Below are positions 42,888 through 53,325 of a DNA stretch of 64,000 nucleotides, piece after piece. The stretch is from assembly GCA_034530875.2 (NCBI GenBank), contig JAVRCJ020000004.1, positions 128,001 to 192,000 on the forward strand, read 5' to 3'. A program made the translations under genes and the position numbers. The notes beneath the pieces were generated by a model. The model did no database searches and was not told the DNA's origin. It saw nothing but the letters and a program-made list of their open reading frames with translations. Every line of letters begins with the position of its first letter. The first letter of the stretch is position 1. This DNA comes from Nostoc sp. DedSLP01. GTDB lineage: Bacteria; Cyanobacteriota; Cyanobacteriia; Cyanobacteriales; Nostocaceae.

Positions 42888-43613
42888 TCAAATTTTTAGT
42901 TTTGCCAAACCCAAATAACGGATACCTTCGGGGGAAATATCAAAACGGCAAGGTAATACTTCTAAACCAAGAGCGATCGCTTGCCGTAATAACTTACCAT
43001 ATACAGGGTCAGTGCGATCGCCAGGTGAAAACTCAGTACAATCGCTGCGATTGATAAAATAAAACATCACCGCACGAGTTAAAGGTAACAGTGCCATTAA
43101 TTCTCGCAAGTGCCTTTGTCCTCTAGTAGTTTCCGTATCGGGAAATAAAGCTAATCTCCCGTCACAGAAAGTTGTATTTTTCACTTCTAAATAAATAGGG
43201 CGTTCTTCATCACTTCCCGTCAAGAAAAAATCCACTCGACTTTTATTATCTAGCCCATAAACCACCTCGGTTTTTATGAGATTATATTCGCCCAATTCTG
43301 GAAAAAGACGTTGCGCCAAAGCTAACTTTACCACCCGATTGGGCAAAGCTGTATTCACACCCACCCAAGTCGGGTCGTTGTCATGTACCTGAATTAGTTC
43401 TAAAGTGTAAGCCAATTTCCGGTTTGGGTTATCACTTTTAGAAAGCTGTACCGCACTTAGGGGAGTCGAAACTCCAGTCATCGGTCCTGTATTTGGACAG
43501 TGTGCTGTCACTATCTCGCCAGAAGTTAATTGAACATCTACAAAAAACCGCTTGTAGCGTTTTAGCAGAATACCCGGATATAAAGGCGGGTAACGGTAAA
43601 GCCAATCAATCAT
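42888..43613 (-). CDS. sfsA: DNA/RNA nuclease SfsA
   Basis: KRYKRF, AHCPNTGPM, SRVDF, YLEVKN, FPDTETTRGQRHL. Confidence 0.95.
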   Translation of the reverse strand: MIDWLYRYPPLYPGILLKRYKRFFVDVQLTSGEIVTAHCPNTGPMTGVSTPLSAVQLSKSDNPNRKLAYTLELIQVHDNDPTWVGVNTALPNRVVKLALAQRLFPELGEYNLIKTEVVYGLDNKSRVDFFLTGSDEERPIYLEVKNTTFCDGRLALFPDTETTRGQRHLRELMALLPLTRAVMFYFINRSDCTEFSPGDRTDPVYGKLLRQAIALGLEVLPCRFDISPEGIRYLGLAKLKI

Positions 43614-43975
43614 TATTAAACAGGGAGTGGGGAGTAGGGAGTGGGGAACTCTCTATTTTCAAAGCAAATCTAAATATACGTCGATTCTTGATTCGTTACC
43701 TCACAAGAGCAAATCTTTTCACTAGGTATTTCCCCATCATCGTATAGAAATCATATTTGAGGGCGTGAAAAAACTCGCCCTCACATCTAATAGCTTGATT
43801 TCCTACTCCCTCCACAAGTAGTCTCACAAAGAAGATAGAATCGCTATATCATGTATTGTCAATTTTTGTAGTCAAATTTACGACAGTTTAATAAAAAGTA
43901 GCATATACTAAGTGTCATAACCCTCCCATAAATAAAAAATCCGGGAGAAATTCAACGTGCAAGGAGGTAAATCCT

Positions 43976-44644
43976 ATGCAAAAACTACGGGGATCAACGG
44001 AATTAGAATACGCTTTTCTGTTCACTTTGAGAAAAGTTAATTCAATTAATGTAGAAGGTTTCAAGCCATTTTTTAGGGATATGCCTATCGATCCTTACAT
44101 CAAAGGTAACTATCGTTCCCGAAGATTATCTCGGTTCATAGTTGCTGAGGATCGGTTAATTAAATTACCCCACGGCTACCTCTTCCAAAGCAAAGACTAC
44201 AATCCACTATTGGGCGATATCAAAAGACACTTTGCAGAATTAGAAGATGGACTTATTGAACTTGATATTTTTAGAGATCTTGTTTTAGCATTTCACGATT
44301 CTTGTAAACTTCATCCGGAAGCGGAAATTGGAGTTCATCAAATTAGAACTATTTGTTCGCCAGATAATTTAGGTAATCCTGCGCCTGAAGGTATCCATAG
44401 AGATGGTACTGATTTTATTGGTATTTTTGCAGTAGATAGAGATAATATTCAAGGTGGAGAAACACATTTATATACTGATAAAAAAGAAAAGCCTGTATTT
44501 AGTAAAATTCTCAATTCGGGAGAACTTTTATTAGTCAACGATCGCGATTTTTTCCACTTCACTACTCCCATCAAACCGGAAATTGAGGCTCAGGGAAGTA
44601 GGGATGTTTTTGTGCTAACTTCTCCTAGCTTACTTACTGACTAA
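43976..44644 (+). CDS. 2OG-Fe(II) dioxygenase family protein
   Basis: VHQIR, PEGIHRDG, HFTTPI, RDV; AAGGAGG RBS. Confidence 0.88.
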   Translation: MQKLRGSTELEYAFLFTLRKVNSINVEGFKPFFRDMPIDPYIKGNYRSRRLSRFIVAEDRLIKLPHGYLFQSKDYNPLLGDIKRHFAELEDGLIELDIFRDLVLAFHDSCKLHPEAEIGVHQIRTICSPDNLGNPAPEGIHRDGTDFIGIFAVDRDNIQGGETHLYTDKKEKPVFSKILNSGELLLVNDRDFFHFTTPIKPEIEAQGSRDVFVLTSPSLLTD

Positions 44645-44780
44645 ATTTAGTATCAAATGATTTACAATTAGGAGAAAAATAATCCTAGTTAATTTGTGAA
44701 AACTTTCAGCATTCATATCCCCGCCTTCTTTAAGAAGTCGGGGATATAATTTTTCAATAGAACTAATCGGAGTGTTTATT

Positions 44781-46148
44781 ATGAAACTGCCAGAAAGTCC
44801 CCAAACTCCAAAACTTATACAACTGCTTCAGTGGATTTTTAATCCTTTTAAACTGATGGAAACATCTGCAAAGGCGTATGGTGAATGTTTTTCGCTCAAC
44901 CTGACTGGTAATAGCCAAATTGTATTATTTAGTAATCCGCAAGCCATTCAGCAGATTTTTACAGCTCCACTTGAGCAATTAGACGCAAAAGGTTCGGCAC
45001 AACTTTTAAAATCTTTATTGGGTGACAACTCGTTAATCTTGCTATCTGGTGCGCCTCACCAACGCCAGCGGCGATTATTGACTCCACCTTTTCATGGCGA
45101 TCGTATGAAAGCCTACGGTCAAATTATTACTAATATCACTCATGAAGTCATCAGTAAATGGAAAATTGGCGAACCTTTTTCTATCCGTAACTCTATGCAA
45201 GAAATCTCCTTGAGAGTAATTCTCCAAGCTGTATTTGGTCTACATCAGGGAGAACGTTTCGCAAAATTGCAGGAACTATTAAGTGCCGTCCTAGAGTTAT
45301 CTGGTTCCCCCTTGCGTGCTTCCATAACATTTTTCCCCATACTCCAAGTAGATTTAGGTAACTGGAGTCCTTGGGGAAAATATTTGCGCCAAGTGCAGCA
45401 AATTGACAAAATTCTCTACAGCGAGATTCAAGAACGCAGAGATAACCCCGATGCTTCTCGTAGCGATATTCTCTCCTTGATGATGTCGGCGCGTGATGTC
45501 AATGGCGAACCAATGACTGATGTCGAGTTACGCGATGAATTAATGACTTTGTTAGTCGCCGGTCACGAAACCACCGCTTCAGCTTTGACATGGGCAATGT
45601 ATTGGATTCACCATTTGCCAGAAGTCCGAGAAAAGTTGCTAACTGAGTTAGATAATGTTAACGAGAATGCTGATGGAAATGAAATTTCTCGCTTACCTTA
45701 TTTAACAGCGGTATGCCAAGAAACACTCCGCATTTACCCAATTGTCATGCTTACTATTCCGCGGATAGTCAAAACACCGATAGAAATTATGGGCTATCAA
45801 TTGCAACCGGGGACATTGCTAACGGGTTCTATATATTTAATGCATCACCGTGAAGATTTATATCCAGAACCAAATCAGTTTAAGCCTGAGCGATTTTTAC
45901 AACGCCAGTATTCACAATATGAATATTTACCTTTTGGTGGTGGCAATCGTACCTGTATTGGTATGGCGTTTGCCATGTTTGAAATGAAGCTGGTATTAGC
46001 AACGATGTTATCACAAATGAATTTAGCACTAGTTGATAATTATCCAGTTAAACCGAAGCGTCGCGGCGTAACTGTAGGCCCTTCTGGCGGTAAATGGTTA
46101 ATCGCAACCGGTCAGCGACAAAAGGTGAAAACTCCTGTGGGGGTATAA
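44781..46148 (+). CDS. Cytochrome P450 (CYP110-like)
   Basis: AGHETT, ETLR, PERF, PFGGGNRTCIG heme motif. Confidence 0.95.
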   Translation: MKLPESPQTPKLIQLLQWIFNPFKLMETSAKAYGECFSLNLTGNSQIVLFSNPQAIQQIFTAPLEQLDAKGSAQLLKSLLGDNSLILLSGAPHQRQRRLLTPPFHGDRMKAYGQIITNITHEVISKWKIGEPFSIRNSMQEISLRVILQAVFGLHQGERFAKLQELLSAVLELSGSPLRASITFFPILQVDLGNWSPWGKYLRQVQQIDKILYSEIQERRDNPDASRSDILSLMMSARDVNGEPMTDVELRDELMTLLVAGHETTASALTWAMYWIHHLPEVREKLLTELDNVNENADGNEISRLPYLTAVCQETLRIYPIVMLTIPRIVKTPIEIMGYQLQPGTLLTGSIYLMHHREDLYPEPNQFKPERFLQRQYSQYEYLPFGGGNRTCIGMAFAMFEMKLVLATMLSQMNLALVDNYPVKPKRRGVTVGPSGGKWLIATGQRQKVKTPVGV

Positions 46149-46206
46149 TTCGTAATTCGTAATTCGTAATTCGTAATGGACTACGCGCCGCTACGCTAAC
46201 GTAATT
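46146..46206. repeat. TAATTCG STRR with a small inserted dispersed repeat
   Basis: (TAATTCG)x4, then GGACTACGCGCCGCTACGCTAAC, then GTAATT. Confidence 0.75.
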
Positions 46207-46277
46207 AAGAAATTGGGATTTTATTTAGAAGCGATCGCATAAGATAATTCTAGAAAGTGCGATCGCTTTTTGAGTAT

Positions 46278-46946
46278 TTAAGCATTTGCGCCCAGAACAG
46301 AAGAGTCATAGTGCTGTAGCAAATCTTCTGGGTCATCATAAATTACCAGCGCTTGGGATAGTTGTTCGTCGTTAAAGCCACCGCAGCGCAAAGCAATTAC
46401 ACCTACCCCTGCTTTGCCAGCAGACTCAATATCGTAGGGGGAATCTCCTAGCATTACTACTTTATCGGGTGTCATTTGTCCTTTCTGCAAAGCGGCTTGT
46501 ACAATGTCAGGAGCAGGTTTAGAAGCTTCGGCATCATCGGATGTAGTGACTTCCGATAGCAAATCATCTACTTGGGCAATTTTGAGCATAATTTCGAGTT
46601 CTTCAGAACTGGCTGAACTACCAACAACCAAACGCAATCCTGATTTTTGCATTTTTAATATTAAGTTTCTGCTACCATTGGCAGGGGTAATTTGCGGTAT
46701 ATATTTATCAAATAATAATTGTTTGCGAAACTTAGCGATCGCTTTACCAGTTCCTTCTTCACCATTTAATTCTGGTACTACTTTGGGAATAAGTTGATCT
46801 CCACCCATACCCATAAGCGGTCTAACTTTTTCAAATGGCACATCCAAGTCATAAGCTGCAAATGCCTCTACCCAGGAATTTGCATGAACATCATTACTTA
46901 TAACCAACGTGCCATCAATATCTAAAATCACTCCTTCTAATGCCAT
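46278..46946 (-). CDS. HAD family hydrolase
   Basis: ILDIDGTL, SKPAPD, GDSPYD; start MALEGV. Confidence 0.92.
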   Translation of the reverse strand: MALEGVILDIDGTLVISNDVHANSWVEAFAAYDLDVPFEKVRPLMGMGGDQLIPKVVPELNGEEGTGKAIAKFRKQLLFDKYIPQITPANGSRNLILKMQKSGLRLVVGSSASSEELEIMLKIAQVDDLLSEVTTSDDAEASKPAPDIVQAALQKGQMTPDKVVMLGDSPYDIESAGKAGVGVIALRCGGFNDEQLSQALVIYDDPEDLLQHYDSSVLGANA

Positions 46947-47169
46947 GAAAAACCTCGCCTGACGTTTGATTTCTATAGCTGATGATGGCATGGCAAAAAA
47001 TTTACTTCATCGTCCCATAAGAAGAGAAGGAGGTTAGAGAAAAGATGGCGATCGCATGAGATACTTTTAAAAAGTACGTAGACACAAAGCAGCTTGTCGC
47101 AAAACTTTGTAATATTAAATACCTTCCTTGATTAATCGACTGCGATCGCTGAAACAAATGAATTTTAAA

Positions 47170-47706
47170 CTAGCTTTGATTTTTCCATTCTTTATAAGCT
47201 GCTAGCCAGTTCAAGGATTGTTTAGGCCCTAATTGTTTTTGTATATCCTCTGCTGAGTTATAAGGACGTTTGGATTCTATTTTTTTTGCGTATTTTTCTC
47301 CTATTCCACGAATTTTAGTAAGAGGAGATTTTGGATTATTCAAAAACTCTACAAAATTTTTTATATCTTCTGAATCAATTACTTTTTCGTTTAATTTTGT
47401 TTGTAAAGCAAATTGTTCAAGAAACTTTTCGACTTCTTGTTTTTTATAAGCTATCAGAAATACCCATATTTCTTCTAAACCGCTCTTTATAGCTGATTCA
47501 TATATCGCTAAACCTGTCACTAGACAAAATTGATCTTCTTCATCTGACAAAGAAACAATGGGAAGCGCTAGATTGTACTTCAAATTTTTTAAGCTCTGGC
47601 TGACTTTAGATAATTCTTTTTGATCGAAATTATTTAATTCAATTTTTGGTGCTTTTATTTGACTTAAAAAAATTTTTCCTGGGCCAGTCTCAAGATTTTT
47701 ATACAT
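47170..47706 (-). CDS. Hypothetical protein: ParB/Srx-like N-terminus plus helix-hairpin-helix C-terminus
   Basis: LPIV...FCLVTG...YESAIKSGLEEIWVF resembles a degenerate ParB fold; LTKIRGIGEKYAKKI...RPYNSAED is HhH. Confidence 0.65.
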   Translation of the reverse strand: MYKNLETGPGKIFLSQIKAPKIELNNFDQKELSKVSQSLKNLKYNLALPIVSLSDEEDQFCLVTGLAIYESAIKSGLEEIWVFLIAYKKQEVEKFLEQFALQTKLNEKVIDSEDIKNFVEFLNNPKSPLTKIRGIGEKYAKKIESKRPYNSAEDIQKQLGPKQSLNWLAAYKEWKNQS

Positions 47707-47709
47707 TAT

Positions 47710-48678
47710 TTAATTTCCCCTTCTACTTTCATCCTGATCGATTCTGTTAATAATTTCTTCTGTTAACTGTGATAATTGTTCAACAGCCTCCTTTTCACTA
47801 CTCGTTCTCTTAGACTCAGACTTTTGTTCCACAAAAACTCGCAGAGGTAGTCTCTTTTCTGAAGCATCAGGAAAGCTTTTTGTTCTTTTAATTTCTGGCA
47901 ATAACTTTGTGCCTAATTGTGCTCTTTCTAGTAGCTGTTTAGCAAAATTGTTAATTTTTATTTTACTAGCAGATGCTTTACCCTTACCGCGTGATGGCTC
48001 TGTCATCATAGGTACGATACCTAAAACTCTGGCTTGTTGTCCCTCCATTTCTTCATGAACACCTCTCTCAATTTCCCTAACTACAGAGCTAACACCATAA
48101 ACTGAAAAATACTCTAATTGAGTAGGTATAATCAAGTAACGAGCAGCATATAAACCATTTAGTGTAGCTGGAGTAATATTTGGAGACGTATCCAATATTA
48201 CATAATCATATTCATTATCAAACTTTTTTAACGCTTTTTTTAGAAGCATTGCAACATTTCCCATTCTGCCAACACGAGAGGTTAACCTGTCTACTTCTTC
48301 CGTACTTCTATAGCTACTAGGAATAACATCTATCCTAACATTAGAAGTAGATGAATTTAGATACTTATTAAATGGTGATATATCTTGTATATAATCTTGA
48401 TATTTAAAATTTTGAGAATAGATATCAGCACTCAAAAAATCTATAATTTCTTTTCTATATTTAAATTCTTCTAATATTTTATTAAATTCATTTAAGCTTT
48501 TAGCTTTATCAAGCTCGTCAGCTTTATTCACTCCTAAGTATAAGCTACTATTTCCTTGATCATCTAAGTCTATTAGAAGAACTTTATTTCCTAACCTTGC
48601 TATTTCGTAGGCAAGATTGACAGATAGAGTTGTTTTACCCACCCCACCCTTAGATGTGTGAATTGCAATGGTACGCAT
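47710..48678 (-). CDS. ParA/Soj family ATPase
   Basis: KGGVGKTT deviant Walker A, IDLDDQGN, ILDTSP. Confidence 0.92.
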   Translation of the reverse strand: MRTIAIHTSKGGVGKTTLSVNLAYEIARLGNKVLLIDLDDQGNSSLYLGVNKADELDKAKSLNEFNKILEEFKYRKEIIDFLSADIYSQNFKYQDYIQDISPFNKYLNSSTSNVRIDVIPSSYRSTEEVDRLTSRVGRMGNVAMLLKKALKKFDNEYDYVILDTSPNITPATLNGLYAARYLIIPTQLEYFSVYGVSSVVREIERGVHEEMEGQQARVLGIVPMMTEPSRGKGKASASKIKINNFAKQLLERAQLGTKLLPEIKRTKSFPDASEKRLPLRVFVEQKSESKRTSSEKEAVEQLSQLTEEIINRIDQDESRRGN

Positions 48679-48805
48679 TTAGTTTTTATATCTTAAAATT
48701 TAACTCGTTTTTTCAAGTTATAAATATATAATATTTATATTATTTTAATAATAAACTATTAATTCATGCCCATCAAGTAAAGATTATATCAAATTTATGT
48801 AAATT

Positions 48806-51661
48806 TTACTTAAAATCAATAACTTTTTGTATAAGCTCTTTACCAATTCGTAATATATGTCCTTCCCAATCAAATACTTCAATATCATAAAATAGACTTG
48901 AACCTTCAAGTTTAATACTAACAAAATAAGGTTGTACTGTTTTGTTTGCAACACCATTAATATACTGTTTTTGTCCAATAGGCTTTGCATTAATCTCGCG
49001 CAGCATACGAATAGGTACAAATGTCTTTTCATCTGTAAGCCGAATAAAACCTTTTCCAAAAGCTACCTTATCAGAAGAATTATCACAAGCTTTTATCTCA
49101 ACTGGAATGCTATCAGTATGCTTTATTAATGAAATAAAAAGATTGTTGTTACTTTTATTTTGATTGCGAATAAATTTTATCAAATAATCATGAATAAGTT
49201 GATAACGATTACTAGGTCTTTCATAAATTAAAAATAGCAAGCCTGAACCTACTAAAATATTTAAAACAAAATCTATTTTTTCCGTTGTTTCATCAGACAG
49301 TGAGACTAAATCATCTCTAGTTCTCAAGGGTCTGGTACTATTTGCATCTGTTAATAGATACAATATTTTTCAGGCAGTATCTTTATTTTTATATCCACAA
49401 TCTGCAATCACTGCCTCAAGTGATTTCTCAACTAATTTTAGTTTAGGATTATCACCAAGGTTTATGTATTTTTTTAGAGTAATAATTTTATCTGCTTGCA
49501 GCTGCATACCAACAATTTGTAATTCAATTGGACGAACTTCTCCCAAATCACATGCTAAATCCTCTACTAATTGTTCAATCAATGCAGGCTCTAAGTAAAA
49601 TCGAGAACGTTTTGTTAAATTTTCTACCACAGCTTTAGCATCAGCTGGTGAAAAATTACCTAAGTTATAGCGAATATTTTTATCGAGAATATTATTATTA
49701 ATTGTAGTTAAATTATACAAACGGTCTAATTCTAATAAATAATGTAAATAATCTTCTCGCAAAGACAGAATTACTTTAACAAAAGGAATATCTAGGCAAA
49801 CTCGCAAAAATTCATAAAAAGCTCGTCTTTGACCTTGCTCTGTATAAACAAAGAAAAACTCCTCGAACTGGTCAAAGATTAAAACCGTCAAAAAATTTCT
49901 GTCGGCATTTTTCCGTAATTGTTCTAAAATAGCTGCCGAAGAATCAAGATTAACAGATAATTGATTACCTCTAAGTTCCTTAAAAGCCTTAGCTAAACTC
50001 TGCCCTAACATTCCTACCCAATCTGTATAAACTCGCAACAAAATAGGTAAAGCATCTCGTTCGCCAATAGCTTGTTGTTGCAGCGCCGGAATTAACCCAC
50101 CTTGTAAAATTGAACTTTTCCCCACTCCTGACTGACCATGAATTACAGTTAATTTATGTTCAGTCCCGCTAATTCTTTCTCGCAATCGCTTAACATCCTG
50201 CTTACGACCAGAAGCAGCAATTTCTTGAGCAATGGTTTCTGGATTTTCAGCTTGCAACTGTGCAGAATTAATTGCCTGTCGCTGGGGATTAAGATAAGAT
50301 GCACCAACAAAAGCGCGGAAACCATACTGTTGTTCTATTTGTAGTTGCTCTTGCTTAATATTAAAAGCAGCTAGATATTCACCTTGCTCAAAGTAAAGTA
50401 AGCGTAACCTCTCTAATATAGATATATATAATTGTGGGTTGTACTGATGATTACTTTCATTTTTCGCACCTTCTAAATTAGAAATTGCTGCTTCAACTTC
50501 ACCTAAACCTTGTTGCGATTTGGCTAAAATAAACCGATATAAAGCAAATTGATGTGATTGCAAATTAGGTATCTCAGCTAATATTTGCAATGCTTGTTCT
50601 GCAAGTTGATTAGCTTCATACCACTGTGACTGCTCTAAGCCAACCTCTGCTAAAAAACCATAATCTTGAGCTAATTGCAACGATGTGCCATACTTTTGAT
50701 GTAGCGGCAGAGATTTATCAATCAAGCTTTGTAACTCTTTCCATGCTTGTAAACGTTGAAGTACTTCGCCCAATTTGGAAATATGTTTTGCAACTAAATC
50801 CCAACGTTGTGCTTGCTCAAAAATATCAATAGCTTGCTGTAGATTACTTTTTGAATCTTGCCAATAGCGTTGATTTTCTGCTTGATTTTTTTCAGCTTGA
50901 CGATTATAAGCTAAAGCAATATTAACGAGTAAAATACCTTGTCGTTCTAAATAATTATTTTGCTGCCAAAAACCCAAACTGATTTGATAATGTTCTAAAG
51001 CAGAATCTATATGGGCATGTAAATAATTATTTAAACCAAGCACAAATTCTAAACTTGCTTCTAGTTCTGGTTCTAATACTTCTTCACGGCTTTGCAAATC
51101 CTGACGAGCAGTTTCTAGTTCCTGGTAGATTTGAGGATTAGGTGTTACATCACTAGTGAAGATATCATCAGTTTTTTGCTTGATAAATTTGACTAATTCA
51201 TACGTAGGATTTTCAAATTCAATGACAGTTGCCCAATTCTCAAAATCAGTCGCTAAACGAATAAATTTTTGCAGAAGAGAATCATTAACCCACAACAATA
51301 TGGGAAACGGAAAGTTTTTTCTAAATTCCTCTCGTACTTGGTTAGCTGAAGTCAAAACTGTATCGATATTTTTAACCGACTCCAAACCAAAAACCATCAA
51401 TGCAGGTGGCTGTTCGTTTCCCAATTGTTGGCGTATATTTGTGTAAAGCGTTTTAACTGATGCCGATAAAGTAATTTCGTGTATTCTTACAGGAGAGATT
51501 TGGTGTAGCTTTTGCACCATACGCTGGCGTAAATCAGCATAATTACAGCGCAATAAAATCAGCGAAAATTCTCCCTGAGAAAGGGTAATTGTTCGCACAA
51601 TAGTTTGCAATGAACGCTCATTGTTAACGGCTAAATTTTCCGATTCGTGCTGATTACTCAT
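48806..51661 (-). pseudogene. Inactive-NTPase/TPR/nSTAND-type NTPase protein interrupted by an in-frame TGA at 49370-49372
   Basis: ORFs 49370..51661 and 48806..49363 are in the same frame (DTA*KILYLLTD); Walker A GQSGVGKSS, Walker B IFDQFEE, SLREDY. Confidence 0.85.
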
Positions 51662-51692
51662 AACATCAATTATTTAGTCGTTTGTCGGTGTG

Positions 51693-51857
51693 TGTAGGGC
51701 ACCACAGCTGTGCATTGGTGTCAACTTAAGCCCTGGCGAATAGAATTCGCGGCTACACAGCTTTTGTCCGGATGGTGCACGGACTAACAGAAAATCAAGG
51801 TCTTGAAACCCACGCAGGTGGGTTTTGTTTGTGTAGACGCGGTTTCTAACTGCCCGT
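51693..51857. mobile_element. REP/MITE-like element between ATPase and partner gene
   Basis: GAATTCGCGGCTACACA ... TGTGTAGACGCGGTTTC inverted arms; AAACCCACGCAGGTGGGTTT hairpin. Confidence 0.6.
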
Positions 51858-51862
51858 TTTGC

Positions 51863-53167
51863 TTATAACCCGAATTCTTTAGTTTCAACCAAAATCGGAT
51901 TGATATCAAACCAAGAACCGTCTTCATTACGGTATTCAAATACAAACATACTGCGAAGCAAAAGTTCGTATCTTTCATGACCTCTTAAGCTTTTCTCTCG
52001 CGCTACTTCGCGCAATACTTCCCATTCATCAGGTGTAATTCCTAAAGTAAACTCGTTGCGGCGTTGTTTAATGACTCTATTTACGCACTCTTGTGATATT
52101 GGTGGGTCTTCTTGTTGAAGACAGCGATACAATAACATCAGCAAATTTCGTAAATGACCGCCGCTAACTAAGCACAGCCTTTCTAAAGTTTTAGGGTTAT
52201 CAAAAACTTCGGTAATTAAATGCTGGCTTTGTTCCCAACTGACGCCAGGAAAAGCCCTAGCCATGACCATTTGTTGCAGTAGTGTAATACCTTGGGAAAA
52301 TTGCGAACCATCCTGTAATTGCACGGGAACCATCGGCAAAACCTTGGGGTCTACGCCAAAGCGATTTGTTAATCTGCCTAAAGCATTGGAAAAAATCAAC
52401 ACCAAGGGAATAGTATAAACAACGTGACAATTTAGTTGATTTAACTGTTCGCCGCGTTCTACAAACAGATATTCTGGTTGATAATAACCGGAAGGTTTTA
52501 AAGAATTATCAATTCGGTCAAGATTATCAACAATTACCACCAATCCTTTTTTGCCTTGCTGCTTGAGTTTTTCTCTCGCAGGCTTGAGTAATTCTTTGTT
52601 GATTGATTCTAAAATGCCATTGGTGCGGGGTTCTAAATATTGTCGCAACTGGCCGCGAAGTTTGGGACTATCTTTAGTTTTGGCAGTAATTTTGGCAATA
52701 CCCACAGACAATTCCGCCTCAACGCCAATATCTAATGGTGTTTGCAAAAATTCAGAAACTTCATGAAACAGATTTTTAAAGTATCCTGGTTTCAGGTTAA
52801 TTTTGATTGCTTCCAGACTTTGACTGACTTCACGAGCTACTGCCAATAAAATATCTGTAACGTCAATATCAGCCATATCCAAGCTTTGGCTAGACTCAAA
52901 ATAAACCGTATGAAAGCCCTGCTGTTCTAACTCTGCCTTTAACCGCAGTAATTCAGTAGACTTACCACAGCCGATATGTCCGGTAAATAATTGACAGGTA
53001 GGTTCTTCCGGCGAAAGGCGAGTAATAGTCCGCCCAAGTTCCTCGATAATTCTGGCGCCACGTACTTTGGAAAAATCAATATAATACTGCCTATCTTCCG
53101 GTTTGCTCGTTACCAGAGTCTTGGCAGGGTTGCAAGCCTGAAAAAACCTGACTAAATCTAGTTTCAT
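51863..53167 (-). CDS. P-loop ATPase, paralog of 26465..27808
   Basis: GHIGCGKSTEL, VIVDNLDR, SGGHLR; same N-terminal FQxCNx...YYxDxSxVR and C-terminal EY...W..xNP. Confidence 0.9.
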   Translation of the reverse strand: MKLDLVRFFQACNPAKTLVTSKPEDRQYYIDFSKVRGARIIEELGRTITRLSPEEPTCQLFTGHIGCGKSTELLRLKAELEQQGFHTVYFESSQSLDMADIDVTDILLAVAREVSQSLEAIKINLKPGYFKNLFHEVSEFLQTPLDIGVEAELSVGIAKITAKTKDSPKLRGQLRQYLEPRTNGILESINKELLKPAREKLKQQGKKGLVVIVDNLDRIDNSLKPSGYYQPEYLFVERGEQLNQLNCHVVYTIPLVLIFSNALGRLTNRFGVDPKVLPMVPVQLQDGSQFSQGITLLQQMVMARAFPGVSWEQSQHLITEVFDNPKTLERLCLVSGGHLRNLLMLLYRCLQQEDPPISQECVNRVIKQRRNEFTLGITPDEWEVLREVAREKSLRGHERYELLLRSMFVFEYRNEDGSWFDINPILVETKEFGL

Positions 53168-53325
53168 CACCAATTACCCGATATCAGCTTGGCACTCTTG
53201 CCCATTTCAGTGATTATACAGAGTACAAAGCTGCTATTTCGGATAATTGGCGTCACAATTCCCAATGTGTTTGGTTAAGGCACCAGACGCGATAAATCGG
53301 CGTCTCAATCAAAATATTTTATTTA

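Noticed and set aside
49370..49372. Selenocysteine recoding of the in-frame TGA
   Set aside because: The position is not a redox Cys site and no SECIS-like hairpin is evident; a nonsense change or sequencing error is simpler.
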